Below, piece after piece: positions 1 to 9,489 of a stretch of DNA of 64,000 nucleotides. The notes under the pieces are model-generated. The model saw only the letters and a list, made by a program, of their open reading frames with translations, made no database searches and was not told the origin of the DNA. The stretch comes from Candidatus Latescibacterota bacterium. GTDB lineage: Bacteria; Latescibacterota; UBA2968; UBA8231. The position numbers were made by a program, and so were the translations under genes. Location: assembly GCA_963422735.1 (NCBI GenBank), contig OY730476.1, positions 1,568,001 to 1,632,000 of the forward strand, given 5' to 3'. Positions within the stretch are counted from its first letter, which is position 1. Every line of letters starts with the position of its first letter.

Positions 1-720
1 CTCGACATCTTCGACTGGCAGAGTATCTTCGTGCAGGGGCTGCACCGTCTGTCCCCAGGCCGTCAGCACCTGTGCATTCCGCGTTAGTTCAGCGCTGCGT
101 TGGGCCACTTGCTCGGGATTCCAACCAGCATAGAGTTGGGCGAGTAGATTTTGCCGCAGGGCAGCGCAGGCGCGAGCGCTACCTAAGTCGTTCCATTCTC
201 CTGGGTCGTCCACCAGATTGAACAAAGCCGGCGGGGTGTCGTCGTGGTATTTGTAGAGCTTCCACGGTTCCTGCCGGATCATCCGCGAAGGAGAAGCACC
301 GCGAGAGGGCCCTAGTTCGCTGAAAGCAGTATCGGGACGGGCGTCATCCGCATGGCCCTGTAGTTCGCGCCACAGAGAATGGCCGCCGGCCGCTTCTACG
401 GCGGTGGGTACCCAATCGAGCAAATTGCACAGTACCGGGTTTTCTACGCCCGCCGGTACAAATCCGGGCAAACGGGCGATGAGGGGTACGTCCACCGAGC
501 CTTCGTAGTAGTTGCTTTTCCACCAGCAGCCGTGTTCACCGGCCATCTCGCCGTGGTCGCTATTGTCGCGCAAGCCGGTCTCGTCGAGTTTGTCAAGGAG
601 CTGGCCGATTTTGCGGTCGAAGTATTCGCACAGACCAAAATAGGCCGCTCGCGCCACGTGGATGCGCTCTTTGGGCAGAGGCTCGTCAATGAGGCGGTGC
701 TTTTTGAAAATGTGAGGAGA
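1..720 (-). pseudogene. Sulfatase (choline-sulfatase-like) C-terminal half, 5'-truncated, runs off the window edge
   Basis: Own minus-strand translation: ...ARAAYFGLCEYFDRKIGQLLDKLDETGLRDN-SDHGEMAGEHGCWWKSNYYEGSVDVPLI...RMIRQEPWKLY...LFNLVDDPGEWNDL. These are sulfatase motifs. No N-terminal CxPxR region before the divergent gene, and the strand normally preceding SDHG is missing. Confidence 0.75.
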
Positions 721-919
721 TGTACTCCTAAGGTTCCTCGACGCGGAGGACTTGGTCGGCGGCGACGTCGTCGAGGGTCTGCACTTGACCGGAAGGCCAA
801 GTGATTTCGACGCGGGCGTAGGTGGCCGTTCCCAAGCCGAAGTGCAGCCGCGGATCGTGGCTGGCTAGGTAGCTGCCGCCCGACTGGCTGTATTTGGAGG
901 TGGGACTTATTTTTTTGCG

Positions 920-2740
920 ATGAACAGCTACGCCTATTATCCATCCATTCTGCTCCCGACCTTGATTTTTTTTCTACTGTGCTGCGGCTGTGGCGCACCC
1001 GAGCACTCGGCCTTTTTCGTCGAGGTGGTTGCCGAGGCCAAGCTGGATTTCCGCCACACCAGCGGGGCCAGCGGCGATTACTTCCTGATTGAGACGATGG
1101 GAGCTGGCGCGGCCCTTTTCGATTACGATAACGACGGCTGGCTGGATGTGTATTTAGTGGATGGCTTCGACCTGTCGCCGTGGCGCGAGCGCTTAGTGCC
1201 GGTCAATCTCGTGGCCGGAGATTCAGCGGGGACTTGGGTCGTCAAGGGGTTCCGGCCGCCTCTGCGCTACGACGGCCGAGTGGATACTTCGGTGTTGGCG
1301 TTGCGTCAAGATCCCGGCTTAGGCCAGACGCAAAACCGCCTCTACCAGAATATCGACGGAGCCTTCCGAGAGATCACCTCCCAAACCGGGACTGGCGATC
1401 TGGGCTACGGCATGGGGGTCGCAGTCGGCGATTACGACAACGACGGTCGCGCGGACCTCTATGTGACCAACTATGGCCGCAATGCCTTCTATCACAATCA
1501 GGAGGACGGTACCTTTGCCGAGCGGGCGCAGGAAGTCGGTGTGGCCGATCCTCACTGGAGCACGAGCGCGGCCTTTTTCGACTACGACAACGATGGTGAT
1601 CTCGACCTATATGTGGCTAACTACCTCGACTTGACGCCGGACACCAACCGCTTGTGCGGCGGCGCGGTCGCTAGTGAGGGGGCCACCTTGCGCGTTCCAG
1701 CTAGCCAGCGGACCTATTGCAGCCCGAGGCGCTACAACGGCGCACCAGACGCGCTTTTTCGCAACGAGGGGGACGAGCATTTCTCTGACGTGGCGCAGGC
1801 CAGCGGGGTCTTCAGTCCCTTTGGCAAGGGACTAGGGGTAGCGGCCGCCGATTTTGACTCCGATGGATACCCCGATGTGTATGTGGCCAACGACGGCACG
1901 CGCAATTTTTTATATCGCAACCGCGGCAACGGCACGTTTGCCGAGGCCGGGCTGGTGGCTGGGGCTGCGTACAATGGCGACGGCCAAGCCGAGGCCGGCA
2001 TGGGGGTCGCGGTCGGCGATGGGGATGCCGATGGGGATGCCGACCTGTTGGTGACCAACTTTTCCCGCGAGAGCAACACGCTTTACCGCAACGAGGGCAC
2101 TGGCCGCTTTGTCGATGCGACTGAAGCAACCGGCCTGCGTGCCCCGACCTTGCTGCCTCTGGGGTTTGGCACGTTTTTTGCCGATGTCGATAACGACGCC
2201 GACTTGGATTTGTTCGTGGCCAACGGCCACGTCCTCGATCGCATCGCCTTACAGGACTCGGAGTTGAGCCACGCCCAGCCCAACCAGCTTTTTGCCAACG
2301 ATGGCCACGGCACATTCGCCGATGTGTCAGCCCGCAGCGGCCCGGCTTTTGAACTGTCTGCGGTGTCGCGCGGGGCCGCTTATGGCGATTACGACAACGA
2401 CGGCGACTTGGATGCGCTGGTGACCAACGTCGATGGCGCGGCGCGGCTGTACCGCAACGAGCTGAGGTCAGAACATCACTGGCTGTCCCTGCGGTTGGTG
2501 GGGACGCGGGTGAACCGCGACGCTGTTGGTGCACGGGTGCGGGTGTTCTATGGCGGCGCGGTACAAACGCGCCAGCGGATTGGCGGGGGCACCTATCTGT
2601 CGGCGAGCGATAGCCGATTGCACTTTGGCTTGGGCGACTGCGCGCTCGTGGAGCGGATCGAAATTACGTGGCCCGATGGCAGCGTACAAGAGCGGCGTAG
2701 CGAGCCGGTCGATCAGTTCTTAGTTGTGGAGCAGGAGTAG
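920..2740 (+). CDS. CRTAC1-family protein (FG-GAP repeats + ASPIC/UnbV C-terminal domain), secreted or lipoprotein
   Basis: Repeated DYDNDGxxDLYV motifs, C-terminal NRDAVGARV...GGTYLS.SD.RLHFGLG...WPDG, N-terminal hydrophobic signal with Cys. Confidence 0.92.
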   Translation: MNSYAYYPSILLPTLIFFLLCCGCGAPEHSAFFVEVVAEAKLDFRHTSGASGDYFLIETMGAGAALFDYDNDGWLDVYLVDGFDLSPWRERLVPVNLVAGDSAGTWVVKGFRPPLRYDGRVDTSVLALRQDPGLGQTQNRLYQNIDGAFREITSQTGTGDLGYGMGVAVGDYDNDGRADLYVTNYGRNAFYHNQEDGTFAERAQEVGVADPHWSTSAAFFDYDNDGDLDLYVANYLDLTPDTNRLCGGAVASEGATLRVPASQRTYCSPRRYNGAPDALFRNEGDEHFSDVAQASGVFSPFGKGLGVAAADFDSDGYPDVYVANDGTRNFLYRNRGNGTFAEAGLVAGAAYNGDGQAEAGMGVAVGDGDADGDADLLVTNFSRESNTLYRNEGTGRFVDATEATGLRAPTLLPLGFGTFFADVDNDADLDLFVANGHVLDRIALQDSELSHAQPNQLFANDGHGTFADVSARSGPAFELSAVSRGAAYGDYDNDGDLDALVTNVDGAARLYRNELRSEHHWLSLRLVGTRVNRDAVGARVRVFYGGAVQTRQRIGGGTYLSASDSRLHFGLGDCALVERIEITWPDGSVQERRSEPVDQFLVVEQE

Positions 2741-4383
2741 TGGGTGCGTTGATACTGTGCGTGGTCGGGTGCCTCGTCGGAGCCGCCAGTGGGTGGAGCG
2801 AGCCGCTCGCCGCGCAGTTCGTCGATCGGGCGGCGGCCGCCGGCCTGACGCAGCGCAATGTCTCGGGCACCGACCAAAGTTACATAGTCGAGGGGATAAT
2901 GGGCGGTGCCGCCTTTTTCGATTACGACCGCGATGGGGACGTGGATTTGTACGTAGCCAACGGCTCTTCCTTTGCGGGCTTTCCCGCTGGCGCATATCCG
3001 GCCAACCAGCTCTACCGCAACGACGGAAGCCGCTTTGCCGATGTGACGGTCGCAGCAGACGTGGGCGATACGAGTTGGTCGATGGGATGCGCGGCGGCCG
3101 ATTACGACAACGATGGCCACACCGACCTCTACGTTACCAACTTTGGCCGCAATACCCTATATCGCAACCTCGGCGCGGGCCGTTTTGCCGATGTGACGGC
3201 GACGACAGGCGTGGGCGATATGGGGTGGGGCACTGGTGCAAGTTTTGGGGATTACGACCGCGATGGGGACGTGGATTTGTACGTGGCCAACTACGTGGAT
3301 TTCTCCCTCGACTACGAATCCCCGATACCCTGCCTGTGGAAGAACGTGAAGGTGTACTGCGGGCCAGTGGGCCTGCTGCCGGCTACGGACGTGTTTTACC
3401 GCAACAACGGCGACGGGACCTTTGCGGAGTACGGAGAAGAGGCTGGTTTACAAGGAGAGGCATTTTACGGCATGAGTGCCCTGTTCGGCGACTACGACAA
3501 CGACGGGTGGCCCGACCTGCTCGTGGCCGACGACTCCACGCCCAACCTGCTTTTTCGCAATCGCCAAGACGGTCGCTTCACCGAGGAGGGGCTTGTAGCC
3601 GGAGTGGCGTACAGCGGAGAAGGGGTGGCGCAAGGATGCATGGGGGTCGCTTGGGGCGATTACGACAACGACGGCCTATTCGACCTCTTCGTCACCAATT
3701 TCGCCGACGAGTATAACGCGCTGTACAGGAACGAGGGTGGGGGCTTTTTTGCTGACGTGTCTTTTACTGTAGGGATCGGGGCTGCGCCGGCCGAATTGGT
3801 CTCGTGGGGCACGGGCTTTTTCGACTACGACAACGACGGCGACCGAGATCTTTTCGTGGCCAACGGCCACACCTATCCGCAGGCCGATCTGCCAAGGGTC
3901 AACTCCAGCTACGAACAAACCAACTCGCTGTTTGAAAATAGGGACGGGCGGCTGGTGGAGGTGTCGGCCGCAGCCGGCCCGGGCTTTGCCTTGAGTCACG
4001 TTAGTCGCGGGACCAGTTTCGCCGACTACGACAGCGACGGCGACATCGACGTATTCGTCCTCAATCTCAATGGCCCGCCAACTCTGTTGCGCAACGACGG
4101 CGATCACGACAATCACTATCTGCTGGTGCGCACAGTGGGCACGGCGAGCAACCGCGACGGAATTGGTACGCGGGTGATCATTAGTGCTGGTGGGCGGAGC
4201 CATCACGCCGAAGTGCAAAGCGGGGGTAGCTATTTGTCCCACAGCGATCTGCGGCTGCACTTTGGCTTGGGCCAGGCCGAGCGCGTTGACCGACTCGAAG
4301 TGCGCTGGCCCAGCGGAGCGGTTCAGGTGCTGAACGATATTGCCGCTGACCAGGTACTGACCGTCGTCGAGCCGCGTCAATAG
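2740..4383 (+). CDS. CRTAC1-family protein (FG-GAP + ASPIC/UnbV), second copy
   Basis: Same motifs (DYDNDG, NRDGIGTRV, SGGSYLSHSDLRLHFGLG). GTG start overlaps the upstream TAG. Confidence 0.92.
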   Translation: MGALILCVVGCLVGAASGWSEPLAAQFVDRAAAAGLTQRNVSGTDQSYIVEGIMGGAAFFDYDRDGDVDLYVANGSSFAGFPAGAYPANQLYRNDGSRFADVTVAADVGDTSWSMGCAAADYDNDGHTDLYVTNFGRNTLYRNLGAGRFADVTATTGVGDMGWGTGASFGDYDRDGDVDLYVANYVDFSLDYESPIPCLWKNVKVYCGPVGLLPATDVFYRNNGDGTFAEYGEEAGLQGEAFYGMSALFGDYDNDGWPDLLVADDSTPNLLFRNRQDGRFTEEGLVAGVAYSGEGVAQGCMGVAWGDYDNDGLFDLFVTNFADEYNALYRNEGGGFFADVSFTVGIGAAPAELVSWGTGFFDYDNDGDRDLFVANGHTYPQADLPRVNSSYEQTNSLFENRDGRLVEVSAAAGPGFALSHVSRGTSFADYDSDGDIDVFVLNLNGPPTLLRNDGDHDNHYLLVRTVGTASNRDGIGTRVIISAGGRSHHAEVQSGGSYLSHSDLRLHFGLGQAERVDRLEVRWPSGAVQVLNDIAADQVLTVVEPRQ

Positions 4384-6299
4384 ATGACGGAAACGAGGCC
4401 TTGGTGCTGCTGTTGGCCGCGATCGGTCTCTGCGGTGAGGCGGCACGAGGTAGGTCCCCGGCGGCACGAGGCGGCCGCTGGGGGTCCATCCCACTGGACG
4501 GCAAAGCGGCCCCTGGTAGCCGGCCCGGCGTAGAAGACCCCCACCTTGCGGCCGGCGAGATCGAAGACCGCGAGCTCCACGCGAATTGCATCCATATTTG
4601 CATCCATATTATAGAGAAGGTCGTATTCGATCCGCACGGTACGTTGCGGCCGTCGCCATTGGGGGTGAAGACCGCCGGGTGCAGGGCGAAGCGGCCGATG
4701 AGCGGCTGGTCTAGGCTAAGTAAAGCCACTTGCAGACTGTTGGTTGCCTTCGGGGTCACAGGCTGGGCGACTTCAAACGGGCGAGTGTTGTCGCGGATTC
4801 GCCCTGCAAAGCGGGTGCTGTACGCGAATACCTCGGCCCGGAAATCGATCTCGATCTGTTCGCCGGTCCGCTGCTGGTCCATGCGCGGCAGCGCGACTTC
4901 AAATCCCTCGGCTGTGTGCTGCGCGATGGTGTAGGCGACATCTACCCCACCGATCCGCACAGCCTCCACGGCCTGCACCTGTGCGGTGGTAGCGATGGCT
5001 AGGTGGTCGAACCCGAGATCGTCGGCTGCGATGTGCGGCTCTAGATAGAAGGTGAAGAGGGTTGGGATCAGGGTCGGGGCCTGCAGCGGGTGAATTTGTC
5101 CGAGGACTTGGGAGGCTGGCGGCGGGATGGACGCGCTGAACTGCAAGTAAGCGAGATGGCCCGTCGCCTCGGCGGTCGAGTGGAATTCGGCCCTAAATTG
5201 CGCGTAGCGACGCAGTCGATCGCCCGGCATCGGCCCGCGACCTGCGGCAAAGGCAAAGGGCGCGCTCCAGAAGTTCCAGTCCTCGATGTCTGGGGTGAAG
5301 CCGGCCTGCTCGCCCCTTTGTAAGCGGTTGTAAGTGCGTAGGTTAAGCGGTTGACCAGCGGCGTCGAAGCGGGTGAGCTCATCGCCGCGGAACGTGCGTC
5401 GCCAATAGGGTTGGGGGCGTCGTCGCCCGTATGCGCACTCACATGCAGGCCTCGGCGTCGAGATGGCCGCCCCAAGTCAATGCGCCCAAGTCGGCCGGTT
5501 ACCCCAAGTCGATGATATCGGAGGTATAGCGCGAAAAGGCGGCTGGTCCGGCTCCGTAGATCTCGAATTCGGCGATTTCCCAGATGCCGCGATTGTTTTC
5601 GGGTAGCTCGATGAACACTTGCTGGATGGGTTCGTCGGGCAGGGCCAACTCCATGACGACTTGAGTGTTCTCGCTCACGCGGTGGACGATATCGAAGTCG
5701 AACGAGCTGTTGCGCCAGCTAGCCGCGTACTCGCGGGTGCCGTCGGCTAGAGGGTCGCCGTCGCTGGTACCCACGATGAAGTGCTCGACAAAGCGGGTCG
5801 CTGCAAAGCGCGGACGCGGATAAAAGCGCACACGATCGACAAAGAATCGCCCGCCAAAGTCGAAGACCCAGTACTTGTGCTGGGGGCCATAGCCGGCAAC
5901 GCGAAGATAGTGTCCATCCCCCAGATAGGCGGTTTCCGGGTCGCCATCGAAGATCAGGACGTCGTCTTCGTACCACTGCCGCCAGCCATTCCACTCTATG
6001 ACGAGGATGCGGCCACCAAGGGACTCCACGAGTGGTGCTAAGTTGACCGAGGGAGTTAGCGGCAACGGGCCGATGCGTTCTGGCTGCAGCGCGATTCATT
6101 GGGCCTGGCCGTGCCGCTTGGGATCAACGGCTTCCCAAGATAGCTGCACGAACTCGTACTCGGCTTTCAGCGTCGGTTTGGGCAGGTCGGCCCCGCCGAT
6201 GCGATAGATGGTGAGCGCGTGAGACGGGAAGGCCACCGCAAGGTAGCAGGCCGCCCAGTAGAAGATGCGTTGATACGGCACAGGACTACGGAGCCTCAT
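4377..6299 (-). pseudogene. Fragmented paralog of the FlgD-Ig/CHU_C-tailed secreted protein at 20475-22400
   Basis: ORF pieces 6096-6299 (ALTIYRIGGADLP...YEFVQLSWEAVDPKRHG), 5499-6065 (FDFGGRFF..R.RF.PR, GIWEIAEFEIYG), part of 4181-5230 (DDLGFDHLAI, VFTPNGDG) and 4377-4637 are colinear with 20475-22400 but lie in different frames. Confidence 0.88.
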
Positions 6300-6302
6300 G
6301 TG

Positions 6303-7621
6303 CTAGCTGTCGCGCCTTTTCGCGGTGTGCTTTGCTTTTTTCAGGCGTCCCAATTGCTGGTATGCGTCGCTGAGGTAGAGATGGGCGCGTTCATTGGCTG
6401 GATCCAGCTCGACGGCACGGTCATACGCACGGGCGGCCTCGGCAAAGTGGGCGACGGCCCCGGCCAAATCGCCCGTGCGAGCCGCGGCCAAGCCGAGTCC
6501 GTAGGCGGCCTCGTGCAAGCTAGAGTCGAGTGCGGCGGCGTGCAGGAGGCTAGCCCGAGCCTCCGCATAGTGCTGCTGCTTGAGGAGAGCCATTCCCAGC
6601 CGAGCGTGACTGAGCGGATCTTCTTTGTCGAGGGCGAGGGCTTGGCGAAAGCTCTCGGCTGCGGCGGTCAAATTGCTCTGATAGGTGAAGAGGACGTCTA
6701 GGCTGCTGTGGGCGTCTTTTAGTTCGGGGTTGATGGCGAGGGCGTTTTGATATTCGAGGATGGCGAGGGCGTTTTGGCCTTGCAGGGCGAGATTGTAGCG
6801 GGCCGTGGCCGAGCCGATGGCCACCGCGCTCATCTCGGGCGGAGATTGCTCCGAGCCGATGCCCCGGTGGTGCTGGCGGAGGATTTCCGAGCGCGCTAGA
6901 GCCTTTCCTCCTTGTGCACGCCTCCCGCTGCGCAGGTAGAGTTGGGACAGATTGAAGTGGACTTGGGGCGAATAAGGGTTGAGTTCGATGGCCCACTCTA
7001 GGGCCTTCACAGCTTGGTCGTAGTGCCCTTGAGCTCGGTGCAGCAAGCCGCGGTGGAAATGCGCTTCGGCGTCTTCGGGCGCGTACTGCACGGCGAGTTG
7101 TAGGTGATGTAGGGCTTGGTCTAAGGCGCCCTGTCGTCGGTAGTACAGGCCCAATTTCTTGTGGGCTGGCGCGAGAGTGGAATCCACCTGCAACGCGGCC
7201 AGATAAGCGCGCTCGGCGCGGTGTGCGCTGTCGCGGTAGCTGTACACGAGGCCGAGGTAGTGGCGCGTTGCGGATCGAGTTCGATGGCCCGTTGGAAGGC
7301 TCGCAAGGCCGCGTCGGTTTCGCTGTAGCGGGCTTCGGCGAATGCGCGGGTCATCTCGATGGCACAGAGTAGGTCGTAGAGTTCGGGGGCGCGGGCTAGG
7401 CCGGCGTGCGCTGTTTCCCGCGCTTGCTCGTACTGGCCGACTTGGAGGTAGCAACGCCCTAGATAGCGATAGACAGCCTGCGGTGGGGACGGGCCTTGCA
7501 CGACACGCTGCAAGATCTCAATTGCGGCTTGGTACTCTCGGTTGTGGAAGTGCTGCCGGCCCTCGGCTAGAAGGGGGTCGTCGCGGGCGCAGCTCCAAGC
7601 GAACAAAAAGAGCAGGAGCAC
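6303..7621 (-). pseudogene. Tetratricopeptide-repeat lipoprotein, frameshifted
   Basis: 7121-7621 has a lipobox (FAWSC) and TPRs. The TPRs continue in another frame (6303-7454: HYLGLVY...AHFHRGLL...VHFNL). Frameshift near 7270. Confidence 0.75.
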
Positions 7622-7635
7622 GGCTCAGTTCAATT

Positions 7636-9339
7636 TTAATTAGGTGCGCCAAGGGCGCGTTCTATCGCGTCTGCAAATTCCTCAACCGGGTACTGCTCCC
7701 GCAGGCCGCGCACATAGCGCACGTAGCCGCGCTTGGACTTGTCGATCTTTACGTAAGCCGTGGCGCGGCGACGGGATGTGGCGTCGTAGGGATGTTTTCT
7801 CTCGTGGCGGTCGAGGACCTTGAAGACCGAATATCCGCTTTGGACCTGCACTGGACCGCCGACTTGGCCGACGGGCAGGGAATGCGCCAAGTCGTAGATG
7901 CCCTGATAGTATGCCTTGGTGTAGGGGCTGAGGGTCAAGTGCCCGTCGTGGTGGTCGGCACCGGGGCGGAGGGTGTGGGCGCGAGCCAATGGCTCTGGGT
8001 CAGCACCGGCGAGGATCTCGCGCTTGAGCCGCTGGGCCAACGAATCGGAAGCCACGAGGATTTCTACTACTTCGGTCGTCAGAGGCGCGGTGAATTTCTC
8101 TGGATGGCTATCGTAGAAGGCGTGGGCTTCCTCTGGAGTGGCTGTGATGTGCTGATCGACGTAGCGCTGCCGCAGGGCGTTGAGGAGCAGGTCGTCCCGC
8201 TTGTCGCTAATGCGCTGCCGCAGGTTGGGGTCTTCTTCTAGATCGTGGGCCCGGGCCTCGGCGGCGAAGAGAAAGGCCGGGATGATCGCAGTTTCTAGGA
8301 GGAAGACGACGCGAGCAGAATCGGCCAATTCCGGCCGGCCGGTGCGCATTTGCCGCGCCACTTGTATGAACTCGTGGCAACTGATGTGACCGCCGCGAAA
8401 GGAGACTATAGACTCGTCGCGCAACGCGGTCGGCAGGGCGTACAGATCGCCTTCGGCCTGCTGGCTGTGCTGGTTGAGGTAGCGAATCTGCTCGGGGTGC
8501 AATTCGGGGCTGTACGCGCCTTTGAGCGAGTCGAGGAGGGCTTGGTAGCGGGCGGCCCGCTTGCGGCCAAAAATTTCCTCCCGCACCTTGCGCTCGGAAG
8601 CGGCCAGCGGCAGCGGCATCTCGTCGGTGACTTGAAAGACCGTGTAGTGGGGCTTGCCGGCAAACTGGAAGCGGATGGGTTTGGATACCTCGCCCACGGC
8701 GAGGGGAAAGATCGCTTCGGCAATAGCCGGAAGGACCTTGTCTTTGAGCTTGTAGCCTCCCACATCGCCGCCCTGTTCGCCGCTATCGCGGTGCAGAGAA
8801 CGTCCCTTGGCCAGTTCCATGAACTGCGCCCCGTCGGCCACGGCCTGCAAAATTTCCTCGGCTTCTTCCCAGGTCTTTAGCATGATGCCGCTAAAGCGGA
8901 GGGCGCGATCGCGGTGAGTAGCTCGATAATGCGCTTCCATCTCCTCGTCGGTAACGACGATATTTTGGACTATTTCGCGCTGAGTGTACAAGTCGAGCAA
9001 GCGGTTTTTGGCGAAAAAGGCCAGCTCGGCTTGGAGCGCGGGATCGTCGGCTAGCTGAATGGTTTCGGCCTCGGTGAGCAAGATCTGCTTGTCGATCAAG
9101 CTGTTGAGGACTTGGAGGTTCTTGTCCAGCAAGGTATCGCCCTTTCTCATGCCCTCTGGGATGAGTGCGCTGAATTTGGTGAAAGCCGAGAGGGTAATGG
9201 GGGCACCGGCTACGGTCGCCAAGACGACATCCTGAGCTCCGGGTTGTTCGGGTTGTCCATTGCAGGACGCGAGGAAAAGGGCCGATATATAAAGGAACGA
9301 GAGGATGTAATCGCACGGAAAGGACTGGGTCGTGGTCAT
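7636..9339 (-). CDS. Parvulin/PpiC-type peptidyl-prolyl isomerase lipoprotein (SurA/PrsA-like, two rotamase modules)
   Basis: Lipobox FLASC, VLATVAGAPIT, F.ELAK..S...S..QGGDVG...AIFPLAVGEVSKP, second module ...LPVGQVGGPV..GYSVFKV. Confidence 0.88.
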   Translation of the reverse strand: MTTTQSFPCDYILSFLYISALFLASCNGQPEQPGAQDVVLATVAGAPITLSAFTKFSALIPEGMRKGDTLLDKNLQVLNSLIDKQILLTEAETIQLADDPALQAELAFFAKNRLLDLYTQREIVQNIVVTDEEMEAHYRATHRDRALRFSGIMLKTWEEAEEILQAVADGAQFMELAKGRSLHRDSGEQGGDVGGYKLKDKVLPAIAEAIFPLAVGEVSKPIRFQFAGKPHYTVFQVTDEMPLPLAASERKVREEIFGRKRAARYQALLDSLKGAYSPELHPEQIRYLNQHSQQAEGDLYALPTALRDESIVSFRGGHISCHEFIQVARQMRTGRPELADSARVVFLLETAIIPAFLFAAEARAHDLEEDPNLRQRISDKRDDLLLNALRQRYVDQHITATPEEAHAFYDSHPEKFTAPLTTEVVEILVASDSLAQRLKREILAGADPEPLARAHTLRPGADHHDGHLTLSPYTKAYYQGIYDLAHSLPVGQVGGPVQVQSGYSVFKVLDRHERKHPYDATSRRRATAYVKIDKSKRGYVRYVRGLREQYPVEEFADAIERALGAPN

Positions 9340-9489
9340 TGAAAATCTCTTGCTCTAGTGGACACTATTCTCTTATTTAACAGGCATTTAATTTAGGATT
9401 TGATGGATTTTTGGGCAACAATGCAGGGGCATTCGGTGTTACGAGATGCCCCACCAGCCCATCCTGCTCACTACTTATAGAGTCGGTTT

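Noticed and set aside
379-998. ORF-track entries 379-804(+) and 444-998(-)
   Set aside because: Shadow frames of the minus-strand sulfatase relic.
1100-4060. Recurrent GA(C/T)TACGACAACGA(C/T)GG sequences resembling a CRISPR or repeat array
   Set aside because: They are codons for FG-GAP DYDNDG motifs inside two genes, with irregular spacing and no cas genes.
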